Shown here in pieces: positions 38,173 to 47,676 of a DNA stretch of 47,676 nt; position 1 is the first letter of the stretch, and each line of letters starts with the position of its first letter. The DNA comes from Robiginitomaculum sp. (GTDB taxonomy: Bacteria > Pseudomonadota > Alphaproteobacteria > Caulobacterales > Maricaulaceae). The notes beneath the pieces were generated by a model that made no database searches, was not told the DNA's origin, and saw nothing but the letters and a program-made list of their open reading frames with translations. Location: the NCBI GenBank assembly GCA_036478975.1, contig JAZGFA010000013.1, forward strand, positions 1-47,676. Direction: 5' to 3'. A program made the position numbers and the translations under genes.

Positions 38173-39786
38173 TTAAATCGGGAGCGTCTTAGGACGCGCG
38201 CGCTTGTGCCAAAGGGACGTAAACAGGCGGGCCACGACCACGGCGGTAAATACCGACATAACGATGCCAATCGCCAAGGTCACGGCAAAGCCGCGAATGG
38301 GGCCGGAGCCTACAAAATAAAGGGTCAGGGCCGCAATCAGTGTGGTGATATTAGCATCAAGGATGGGTGCTAGGGACAAGCGGTAGCCCGTATCAATAGC
38401 GTTTAATGGTGGACGCCCGTTGAGCGTTTCCTCTCGGATACGCTCAAAAATCAGTACATTAGCATCCACGGCCATACCAATGGTCAGGATAATCCCCGCA
38501 ATCCCCGGCAGGGTCAGAGTCGCGCCAAATATAGACAGGGCGGCGGCAATCAGAATAATGTTGAAGCTGAGGGCTAGGTTAGCAAATAGACCAAAGCGGA
38601 AACCATACATCAGGAACATAAACGCCCCAACGCCGAGCAGGCCAATCGTCGCGGCAAATTTACCGGCATTGATAGAGTCTTCCCCAAGCTCCGCACCAAC
38701 CGTGCGCTCTTCGGTGATTTTAAGCTTGGCCGGCAAGGCGCCAGCATTGAGCAAGAGCGACAGCTCACGGGAGCTTTGCGGAGTAAAACTACCCTCAATA
38801 AAACCGGAACCGCCAAGAATAGCGCCGTTAATGCGCGGCGAAGAAATCACCACATCATCAAGGATAACTGCAAAGCGCTCTCCCTGATGCTCGGAGGTTG
38901 TCTTGCCAAAGGCGCGCGCGCCCTTTGCGTTAAAGGTGAAGTTCACAATCGGGTAGCCGCCGGTCGGGTGGATACCTTCGCTGGAGGACTTTAAATCTTC
39001 GCCGGTAACTTCGGGGCGCGAATAGACAATAATCGGCTGGCCAGTTTCTTCGTATAAAAGCTTCGTGCCGTAAGGCAATTGATCATGCTCTATCGCGGCG
39101 CGCAGGGATTCCGTATCATTGCTATCCTTATGCACCAAATTAAAGGTCATATTGGCGGTTTTTTGAATCGCGGATTTAATCGCGCCAACATCTTTGGCCC
39201 CCGGAACCTGCAATAAAATACGGCTCTTACCCTCGCGGGCCAGTGTCATTTCGGTTGTGCCGGTCGGGTCGATACGGGTGCGCAGCGTATCAATCGACTG
39301 GTCAATCGTGCGTTTTGTAATGTCTTCTATATAGGCTTCGGATGGGGCAATACGAAAGCCCGTCGCTCCAACCTTCTGAATATCAAGGCTTTTTGGCCCG
39401 CCAATCGTGTTCTGACCAATCGGAGTCGCCAGTTCTAAAAGCAGCTTAAAGCCCTCTTCAAACTTTTCCGGCTTATTGATTTTACCGGTAATCACATTGC
39501 CATCAGCCTTTAGGCCGGAGACGAGGATACGCGCGGGCCGCAGGGCTGGCTTAACCGCCTTAAGCTCATTATCAATGACGCGGCTCATCACGTCATCCAT
39601 ATCAACTTCGAGCAGTAAATGCGCCCCGCCCTGTAGATCCAGTCCAAGATTGATGGTTTCTGACGGCAAAAAGCCCGGCATGTTATCACGCGCATCTTGG
39701 GTCATGACATTGGGCATGGCAAAGAGCAGGCCAATCACCAAGGCTCCGATAATCATGAAAATTTTCCAGCGGGAAAAATATAGCAT
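38173..39786 (-). CDS. secD: Protein translocase subunit SecD
   Basis: LGLDLQGG, AGALPA, TLPGIAGIILTIGMAVDANVLIFERIREE, GFAVTL. Confidence 0.97.
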   Translation of the reverse strand: MLYFSRWKIFMIIGALVIGLLFAMPNVMTQDARDNMPGFLPSETINLGLDLQGGAHLLLEVDMDDVMSRVIDNELKAVKPALRPARILVSGLKADGNVITGKINKPEKFEEGFKLLLELATPIGQNTIGGPKSLDIQKVGATGFRIAPSEAYIEDITKRTIDQSIDTLRTRIDPTGTTEMTLAREGKSRILLQVPGAKDVGAIKSAIQKTANMTFNLVHKDSNDTESLRAAIEHDQLPYGTKLLYEETGQPIIVYSRPEVTGEDLKSSSEGIHPTGGYPIVNFTFNAKGARAFGKTTSEHQGERFAVILDDVVISSPRINGAILGGSGFIEGSFTPQSSRELSLLLNAGALPAKLKITEERTVGAELGEDSINAGKFAATIGLLGVGAFMFLMYGFRFGLFANLALSFNIILIAAALSIFGATLTLPGIAGIILTIGMAVDANVLIFERIREETLNGRPPLNAIDTGYRLSLAPILDANITTLIAALTLYFVGSGPIRGFAVTLAIGIVMSVFTAVVVARLFTSLWHKRARPKTLPI

Positions 39787-39824
39787 AGTCGTCTCTTTAT
39801 AAAGTGGTCAGAGTGAAAGCAGGA

Positions 39825-40178
39825 TTATTTTTTAGCCTTAGGCTTTTTCTTCCCAGCGTCTGCGCGGTCATTGGCCGGCTCTGGCCGTCCGCGCACATCA
39901 GCGATAGCGGCGCGGAGCATTTTAATACGCACACCTTCAGCGATTTCGATAGTGAGCTCGTCATCGGCGGCCTTAACCACTTTACCCAAAATACCGCCAT
40001 TCGTGACGATATTATCGCCGCGCGTTACGGTTTGCAGTAGCGCCTGATGCTCTTTAGCGCGCTTTTGTTGCGGGCGGATTAGCAGGACATAGAAAATACC
40101 AAAGATAAGTATTAGCGGCATAATGTTCATAAATCCGGCGCTGGGCGACGGGGCGGCTTGCATGGCAATTGAGAGCAT
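39825..40178 (-). CDS. yajC: Preprotein translocase subunit YajC
   Basis: FYVLLIRPQQKRAKEH, GD.IVT.GGI.G. Confidence 0.96.
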   Translation of the reverse strand: MLSIAMQAAPSPSAGFMNIMPLILIFGIFYVLLIRPQQKRAKEHQALLQTVTRGDNIVTNGGILGKVVKAADDELTIEIAEGVRIKMLRAAIADVRGRPEPANDRADAGKKKPKAKK

Positions 40179-40283
40179 AATCTATTCCTATTTATCTTTG
40201 TTATGGGCCGCGAATCCATAGGACTGCATTCGCGCGTTAAGCTTGATTATCCTATATAAGCCCCGCCGCGCTGATTGCAAATT

Positions 40284-40314
40284 AAAAGGCCGCCTGACAG
40301 GGTCGGGCGGCCTT
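40284..40314 (-). terminator. Probable intrinsic terminator after the LysM gene
   Basis: aaggccgcctgac-agg-gtcgggcggcctt hairpin with a short T tract on the minus strand. Confidence 0.65.
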
Positions 40315-40337
40315 ATTATTATAAATTTTGAAAACGC

Positions 40338-41066
40338 TTAGTTGGCGCAATGGCCCTCGGGCAATGTCAAAGCTTGGCCCGGCGATAAAATGCCGCCCCT
40401 AGCAATGCCGCTTGCACTAGCAATGCCCATAACGCTTGAGCATGTGGAGCGCGAAATCGAGGACAATGTGTCACCCGGTAATACGCGGTAAATGTTCGTT
40501 GCGCCCGGAATAGCCGTGACCGTGCGAATAACTTGCGCGGCCTGAGTAATAACAGGACTAGCAACCGGCGTTTCAACATAGCTTGTCGCAACAGCGCCCG
40601 GAATGGTCAGGCTCTGGCCAATGCTAATCGCGCTAGAGGTCAGATTATTGGCGTTCATAAGCTCTGAAACCTTAATGCCGTTACGTGTTGCGATATTATA
40701 TAGTGTATCGTCCTTCACCACGTTATGCAGTGATGCGGCGCTAGCCGCTGGGGTGTAAGATGATGTGTAGGTCGCCGTTGGACTCTCATAAGTATAGGTC
40801 GTATTGGCGGCGGCAATAACTTTGCCTTGCGTGGCCGGAAGGGGCGTATCGAAAATTTCAACGTCCATAATCGGCGTTTCCGTAACAATCGCGCTGTCAG
40901 AATAGACAGGCGTGTAATTAACCGCAGGGATGAGGGAGGACGCGGCAATCGCTTCCTCAACTGATGAATAGGTCTTGGCCATCGGGTAATCCGTGGCTTG
41001 GGCGAAAGCTGGCGCGCTTAGGGCAAGCGCGGCGGCAGAAATAAATAGGGGCGATAAGCGGACCAT
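40338..41066 (-). CDS. Secreted protein with two LysM domains and no M23 domain
   Basis: Signal peptide AFA/Q; HNVVKDDTLYNIA...GQSLTIP and YRVLPGDTLSSIS...GQALTLP; GGAGGG RBS before the ATG at 41066. Confidence 0.88.
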   Translation of the reverse strand: MVRLSPLFISAAALALSAPAFAQATDYPMAKTYSSVEEAIAASSLIPAVNYTPVYSDSAIVTETPIMDVEIFDTPLPATQGKVIAAANTTYTYESPTATYTSSYTPAASAASLHNVVKDDTLYNIATRNGIKVSELMNANNLTSSAISIGQSLTIPGAVATSYVETPVASPVITQAAQVIRTVTAIPGATNIYRVLPGDTLSSISRSTCSSVMGIASASGIARGGILSPGQALTLPEGHCAN

Positions 41067-41104
41067 AAGTCCCTCCATTGGTTGCAATATTACCAATATG
41101 TGAA

Positions 41105-41117
41105 GCCTTATGGTTAA
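41105..41117 (-). promoter_or_regulatory. Putative CtrA-type site TTAACCATAAGGC
   Basis: Identical 13-mer to 1530-1542; also part of TTAA-N7-TGAA on the plus strand. Confidence 0.5.
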
Positions 41118-41147
41118 ATCTTAGTGAAGACTTATAGGATTTTTGAT

Positions 41148-41768
41148 TTACAGAATTTTAGACTTTCCGGGCTCTAAGGGGGCAAGCGGGGTCTTGAACA
41201 CGGTCTTTTCCTCTATATCGGCAAAGCTTTTGGTCAGCACGGTCAGCATATCATCCATGACGCAGACCAAACGGCCGCCATTTTTAAGCTGGCCGAGCAA
41301 GGTCACGGGCCGCACGCGCAGGCCCGCCGTAATGATAATGGCGTCAAACGGCGCTTGCCCGCGCCAACCATAGCGCCCGTCACTATGGCGGGTGACCACA
41401 TTGGCACATCCCTGCCCGCGCAATGTTGCCTTTGCGCTATCGGCTAGAGTTTTGTAACGCTCAACAGAATAAACCCGCGTGCAAAGCGCGCTGAGAACCG
41501 CCGCGTGATAGCCGCTCCCCGTGCCAATTTCTAAAACTTTTTCGCCGCCGGTCAAAGCCAGCGCCTGGGTCATCGCCGCAATCGTTAGCGGCGCCGCAAG
41601 CGTCTGACCGCACGCAATCGGCACGGCGCGCTCATCATATGCAAAGTCGCTATGCTCTTGGGCGATAAAGGCGGCGCGGGGCAAAAGCTCCATGGCGCGC
41701 AAGACATTAGTGTCGGAAATCCCCGCCCTGCGCAGGCGCAATATCATATCAATGCGGGCTGGGTTCAC
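41148..41768 (-). CDS. pcm: Protein-L-isoaspartate O-methyltransferase
   Basis: VLRAME..PR..F, PIACGQT, VLEIGTGSGY, APFDAIIITA. Confidence 0.93.
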   Translation of the reverse strand: MNPARIDMILRLRRAGISDTNVLRAMELLPRAAFIAQEHSDFAYDERAVPIACGQTLAAPLTIAAMTQALALTGGEKVLEIGTGSGYHAAVLSALCTRVYSVERYKTLADSAKATLRGQGCANVVTRHSDGRYGWRGQAPFDAIIITAGLRVRPVTLLGQLKNGGRLVCVMDDMLTVLTKSFADIEEKTVFKTPLAPLEPGKSKIL

Positions 41769-41771
41769 GGC

Positions 41772-43052
<1,281 letters not shown>

Positions 43053-43061
43053 TTATACTGT

Positions 43062-44723
43062 TTAGCGTTCAAATTTCATAAATTTGAGTTTGCGAGGAAT
43101 GTCCGCGTCAGGGCCGAGGCGGCGTTTCTTATCTTCGATGTAATCGGCGAAATTGCCCTCAAACCATTCCACATGACTATCGCCTTCATAGGCTAGGATA
43201 TGGGTGGCAATCCGGTCAAGGAAGAAGCGATCATGGGAGATAATGACCGCGCAGCCGGCAAATTTCTCTAGCGCCACTTCAAGGGCGGAGAGGGTCTCGC
43301 GGTCAAGGTCATTGGTCGGCTCATCGAGCAGGAGCAGATTGGCCGGCTTGGTCAGCATTTTGGCCAGATGGACGCGGTTGCGCTCCCCGCCCGATAATTT
43401 GCCGACATTTTTTTGCTGGTCCGTGCCCTTAAAATTAAACGCGCCGACATAGGCCCGTGACGGTACATCGCCGCGCGGCCCCATGGATATCACGTCGAGG
43501 CCGTCGGAAATCGCTTCCCAAACATTCTTAGTCGGGTCGAGGGCGTCGCGGCTCTGGTCAACATAGCCAAGCTTAACCGTATCGCCGACGCGAAAACTGC
43601 CCTCATCGGGCTGTTCGTCGCCGGTAATCATCTTAAACAAAGTCGTCTTACCGGCGCCGTTCGGCCCGATAACGCCGACAATGCCGCCGGGCGGCAGGCT
43701 GAAGGTTAAATCTTTAATCAGCACTTTATCGCCAAAGGCCTTAGAGACGTTTTTACACTCCACCACCACATTGCCGAGACGGTCAGCAATAGGAATGCGG
43801 ATTTCCGCCACGCCCACGGTTTCGCGCTCGGCCTCGTCGCGCATTTCATTATAGGATTTAATCCGCGCCTTGGATTTGGTCTGGCGCGCTTTCGGGGAGG
43901 AGCGTATCCATTCTAGCTCGCGCTTTAAGGCGCGCTCTTTGGCGTCCCCTTCTCTGCCCTCTTGCTTCATGCGCTTAGATTTCGCGCCAAGCCAAGAGGA
44001 GTAATTCCCCTCATGCGGATGGCACTGGCCACGGTCAAGCTCTAGGGTCCAGTCCGTTAGATTATCAAGGAAGTAACGGTCATGGGTAATCAGGATAATC
44101 GCGCCGGCGAATTTCTTTAAATAGTTTTCAAGCCAAGCCACGGTCTCCGCGTCAAGGTGATTGGTCGGCTCATCCATGAGCAGTAAATCAGGCTTGGACA
44201 GCAAGAGCTGGCAAATCGCGACGCGGCGCGCCTCACCGCCGGACAGATTATCCACGGGCCAATCCTTTGGCGGGCAGCGCAAGGCCCCCATAGCCATTTC
44301 GATTTTGCTGTCAATATCCCACGCATCGCGGCCATCGACCTTCTCTTGCAGAGCGGTCATTTCTTCCATTAGCTCGTCGGTATATTCCTCGGCCATTTCC
44401 ATAGCCACGGCATTATAGCGGTCAAAGATTTGCTTGTCTTCACAGCCAATAATCACGTTTTCCCAAACATTTTTCGACATATCAAGGCGCGGCTCCTGCG
44501 GGAGGTAGCCAATCTTTGTGCCCTTCGCGGCCCAATGCTCGCCGGTAACATCGCTATCGACGCCAGCCATAATCTTAAGCAAGGTAGATTTACCGGAGCC
44601 ATTAACCCCGACCATGCCAATTTTCGCGTCCGGATAAAACGACAAATGCACATTGTCGAGTATGGTCTTATTGCCAAACTTCTTGGACAGACCGTCCATA
44701 TGATAAATGAATTCACGCGCCAT
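43062..44723 (-). CDS. ettA: Energy-dependent translational throttle protein (ABC-F)
   Basis: Two ABC domains, HEGNYSSWL, ELEWIR..PKARQTKSKARI linker, WFEGNF. Confidence 0.96.
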   Translation of the reverse strand: MAREFIYHMDGLSKKFGNKTILDNVHLSFYPDAKIGMVGVNGSGKSTLLKIMAGVDSDVTGEHWAAKGTKIGYLPQEPRLDMSKNVWENVIIGCEDKQIFDRYNAVAMEMAEEYTDELMEEMTALQEKVDGRDAWDIDSKIEMAMGALRCPPKDWPVDNLSGGEARRVAICQLLLSKPDLLLMDEPTNHLDAETVAWLENYLKKFAGAIILITHDRYFLDNLTDWTLELDRGQCHPHEGNYSSWLGAKSKRMKQEGREGDAKERALKRELEWIRSSPKARQTKSKARIKSYNEMRDEAERETVGVAEIRIPIADRLGNVVVECKNVSKAFGDKVLIKDLTFSLPPGGIVGVIGPNGAGKTTLFKMITGDEQPDEGSFRVGDTVKLGYVDQSRDALDPTKNVWEAISDGLDVISMGPRGDVPSRAYVGAFNFKGTDQQKNVGKLSGGERNRVHLAKMLTKPANLLLLDEPTNDLDRETLSALEVALEKFAGCAVIISHDRFFLDRIATHILAYEGDSHVEWFEGNFADYIEDKKRRLGPDADIPRKLKFMKFER

Positions 44724-44801
44724 TTTAGGCTCCTAGCAATCATGGGTAAATAGGTTTACCGCGATATGCCTTGGCAGGCGCAAAATAGCAAGGGCGCAGG
44801 G

Positions 44802-45284
44802 CTATTCCGCAAGCGGTTTTTGCGTCCACGCGACATAGGTAACAGGTAGCAAAGAGAGGCAATAGATTATCAGGCCCAGCATGGTTATCATATCCGCGCG
44901 TGATAAACTTAACGCGTGTAAGTCAACATTGGAAAAACGCATCAATAAAACGCCGCCAAACACAGCCAGTGTTAGGGCGAAGAAAACAGTCTTGAAAGCA
45001 AATGACTCCGCCTTATGTTTTAGGCGCATTTCCCACTCATCAAGGTTTTTATCGGTGCGGGTTAGGGTATTCATAATTCTACCAAATATCAAAGGCAGCA
45101 AGCATGCGAAAATAATGACAGTCCCAAGGGTTTTCTGCCCCTCGGTTAAATGAAGCTTTTCAAAGGATGCAAATATCGGCACGCTTATCAAAGCAAGACT
45201 TGTGAACACCCGAAGGCGCAATAATGCACTCCGCGTCAAAGCGCCCTCGGTAATACGGACTTTATTGTAAAAAGCATTTAGCAT
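44802..45284 (-). CDS. Small 4-TM membrane protein (DUF2178-like LDE.E motif)
   Basis: Four hydrophobic segments, LDEWEMRLKHKAESFAF; AGGAG RBS; downstream of the XRE gene. Confidence 0.7.
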   Translation of the reverse strand: MLNAFYNKVRITEGALTRSALLRLRVFTSLALISVPIFASFEKLHLTEGQKTLGTVIIFACLLPLIFGRIMNTLTRTDKNLDEWEMRLKHKAESFAFKTVFFALTLAVFGGVLLMRFSNVDLHALSLSRADMITMLGLIIYCLSLLPVTYVAWTQKPLAE

Positions 45285-45321
45285 ATGGCTCTCCTATTGT
45301 TTCTATTGTGCTACGCGCCGC

Positions 45322-45564
45322 TTATTGCGCTGCGCGGCTGGCGGCGAGTTCTTCGGCTAGGGTTTTGAACGGGCGGGGGGAAAAGGCCATGTCGATTGGC
45401 ACCCCGAAAACCTCGGCGAGCTTAAAGGCTAGCTCTAGGCTGGCATTATAGTCTCCCCGCTCTAAATATCCGATAGTTTGGAAATTCACCCCAACGGCGT
45501 CGGCCAATTCCTTGCGGGAAAGGCCCTTTTCCGTTCTCAACATTTTAATGCGATTATGTATCAT
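45322..45564 (-). CDS. XRE/Cro-CI family HTH regulator
   Basis: NRIKMLR.EKGLSRKELA.AVGVNFQTIGYLERGDYN.SLELAFKLA.VF. Confidence 0.92.
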   Translation of the reverse strand: MIHNRIKMLRTEKGLSRKELADAVGVNFQTIGYLERGDYNASLELAFKLAEVFGVPIDMAFSPRPFKTLAEELAASRAAQ

Positions 45565-45571
45565 ATTATTG

Positions 45572-45610
45572 TATATACACAACATATCGTTACATGTCAA
45601 CAGCTATACA
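45572..45610 (-). promoter_or_regulatory. Near-consensus sigma70 promoter with overlapping TGT...ACA operator-like sites
   Basis: Minus strand TTGACA-N17-TATATA, 7 nt before the ATG; TGT-N10-ACA at 45595-45610. Confidence 0.6.
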
Positions 45611-45801
45611 AATTACATCCTTAGAACTGAAGCCGTTTAAGACTACGTCGCAAAACTTAGCGGCAATCCAAGCATGAGTAAGGGAAAGTTAACAGCAATC
45701 CTTTAGACACAGAACAAATAACAATGGGAATGGCCGGGATAAAATGAATAGTTTAGCGCTTACCATTTCGCAGCCACGACAATCCCCGCGCTCTCTTTCC
45801 A

Positions 45802-46244
45802 GGCAATGTTTTTGCCACCATCTTATCCTCCGCTGGCCCCTGCTATTATGAGTATTTCACTGGGGACGCCAATGCCTATGCAGGCCTTATGGCGGAATTG
45901 CACCGCATCAACGAAATCAAGCCCCTTGGCGCGGTTCAATATCACGGGGTCTTACTCGACATGTACGAAAATAGCGCTCGGCGCGTCGGCGGCATTTCCG
46001 CCATGCCAAGCATTCATTGCGGCTCTACCTTGCTAATACTCATAACGTTTTGGCGCGCGCCCTGTCCCGCCTATTACTGAGCGGCTTTGCCGTTATCATA
46101 TTTGTTGGTTCAGTTTTACTCGCCTGGCATTATGCGGTCGATGGTGTGCTCGCCATCATTATGGCTTTCGCCTGTTGGCGTGCGGCGGGTTGGATATTAC
46201 AAAAACTAGTCCCGCCTATGCCGGCCACGCCTAGCCCTAGTTAA
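45802..46244 (+). pseudogene. 5'-truncated, frameshifted PAP2-superfamily (PAP2_3/Aur1-like) membrane protein
   Basis: One frame gives GNVFATILSSAGPCYY...GGISAMPSIH; after a shift near 46060 another gives FVGSVLLAWHYAVDG; in-frame stops upstream at 45745 and 45754. Confidence 0.75.
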
Positions 46245-46326
46245 TCTTTCACAGCGCAAAACAGGTTTACCCTTGCCACAGGCAATAGCCGCTTTATCCT
46301 AGGCCTTTAACGGAGGTGGACGTGTT

Positions 46327-47676
46327 ATGGCGCTTGTAGGTATTGACTTAGGGACGACCAATTCTTTGATTTCGGTTTTCACCGATGACGGGCCGCAGCT
46401 AATCCCTAATGCACTTGGCCGCGTCCTCACCCCTAGCGCCGTCGGCCTGTCCGATGACGGCGAAATGATTATCGGAGAGGCGGCGAGAAACCGCCTGGTT
46501 AGCCACCCGGATAAAAGCTATGCCCGCTTTAAACGCTATATGGGCGCCAACCGCGAATTTAAGATGGGCCGCAAAAGCTACCGCGCCGAAGAGCTGTCCG
46601 CCATGGTGTTGCGCAGCCTAAAGGATGACGCCGAGCGCCACCTTGGCACTAGTGTCGAGCGCGCCATTATCTCCGTCCCCGCCTATTTCAATGATGTGCA
46701 GCGCAAGGCCACCTATGCCGCCGGCAAATTGGCAGGCCTGACAATTGAGCGTCTTATCAATGAACCGACGGCGGCGGCGCTAGCTTACGGCCTGAATATG
46801 AAGGATGATGAGAGCACATTTCTTGTGGTCGATTTGGGCGGCGGCACATTCGATGTGTCCATATTAGAAATCTTTGAGGGGGTGATGGAAGTGCGTTCCT
46901 CCTCCGGCGATGCGTTTTTAGGCGGCGAAGATTTCACCGATAAAATCTTTGAGCATTTCGCCGAGCAAATTGGCAAGCCGTTTGCAAAAATGGGCGATAA
47001 AAAGAAAAGCCTGCTGCGCGATTTGGCTGACAAAGCCAAGGTGCAGCTGAGCAGCGCCCAAGAAGCGGGGGTGAACTTCAACGGTCCCAAAGGCATGATA
47101 AAACTGTCCCTCACCCGCGAGAAATTTGACGAAATTTGCGCGCCCCTCGTCAAGCGCCTACGCCAGCCTATACAGCGCGCCATTATGGACGCCGGCCTGC
47201 GCGCCGCTGATATTGACCGCGTGATAACCGTCGGCGGAGCCACGCGCATGCCGATTGTGCGCGCCACGGTGACCCGCCTGCTTAAACTGTTCCCCGAGCA
47301 TAGCCTTGACCCCGACCATGTAATTGGCCTTGGCGCGGCGGTGCAAGCGGGGTTGCTTGACCGCCATGAGGCGCTAGAGGACATTGTGATGACCGATGTG
47401 TCGCCCTTTACCCTCGGCACGGAAATCGCCATTGAAATCGGCACGGGAAATTATGAGGCCGGGCATTTTCAGCCCATCATCGAGCGCAACACGGTTATCC
47501 CCGTCAGCCGCGTTGTCACCAATTCCACCATTAATCCGGGGCAAAAAGAATTGCTTTTGCAAATCTACCAAGGCGAGTCGCCCCATGTGGTTGACAATGT
47601 CCTGCTCGGCAAATTGCATGTGCCCGTGCCGCAAAATAATAAAAAAGAAACCGAAGCCTTTGACGTGCGTTTTACC
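46327..47676 (+). CDS. Hsp70-family chaperone, HscC-like (truncated by the window end)
   Basis: GGAGG RBS; MALVGIDLGTTNS, LTPSAV, ISVPAYFND.QRKAT, INEPTAAALAYG, DLGGGTFDVS, FQPIIERNTVIPVSR; not in the supplied ORF track. Confidence 0.9.
   Translation, partial: MALVGIDLGTTNSLISVFTDDGPQLIPNALGRVLTPSAVGLSDDGEMIIGEAARNRLVSHPDKSYARFKRYMGANREFKMGRKSYRAEELSAMVLRSLKDDAERHLGTSVERAIISVPAYFNDVQRKATYAAGKLAGLTIERLINEPTAAALAYGLNMKDDESTFLVVDLGGGTFDVSILEIFEGVMEVRSSSGDAFLGGEDFTDKIFEHFAEQIGKPFAKMGDKKKSLLRDLADKAKVQLSSAQEAGVNFNGPKGMIKLSLTREKFDEICAPLVKRLRQPIQRAIMDAGLRAADIDRVITVGGATRMPIVRATVTRLLKLFPEHSLDPDHVIGLGAAVQAGLLDRHEALEDIVMTDVSPFTLGTEIAIEIGTGNYEAGHFQPIIERNTVIPVSRVVTNSTINPGQKELLLQIYQGESPHVVDNVLLGKLHVPVPQNNKKETEAFDVRFT

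Noticed and set aside
46785-47634. Minus-strand ORFs opposite the Hsp70 gene
   Set aside because: Long antisense ORFs are a known artefact of Hsp70 codon patterns

Overview
A mostly core-genome segment of an alphaproteobacterium. Gene order, a ShpA-like Hpt protein and CtrA-type sites suggest a Caulobacterales/Maricaulales relative (inference). Housekeeping genes: rplM-rpsI, dnaB, alr, dksA, heme A synthase, tRNA-Pro(GGG), cbp3-like-plsX-fabH-ihfA-merR, bamE, tig, frmA/fghA, rnpB, uvrA, trmFO, yajC-secD-secF, ettA-serS-pcm-LysM, and a window-truncated HscC-type Hsp70. No CRISPR array, prophage, integrase or transposase is visible. Most interesting: (1) a nickel-SOD cassette (sodN-sodX) inserted antisense after secF and led by a 66-aa gene resembling only the N-terminal metal-binding segment of a HupE/UreJ transporter; (2) a ~75-nt two-hairpin repeat in three copies with compensatory base changes, two of them starting right after stop codons; (3) an operon of unknown membrane proteins with a DUF2157-DUF4401 fusion, a GDYXXLXY protein and a DUF4153-like protein; (4) a triple YbaY-like protein, a degenerate phytase-like lipoprotein and a Kazal lipoprotein; (5) a frameshifted PAP2-like pseudogene. 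Family assignments come from motif recognition by eye, not database searches.
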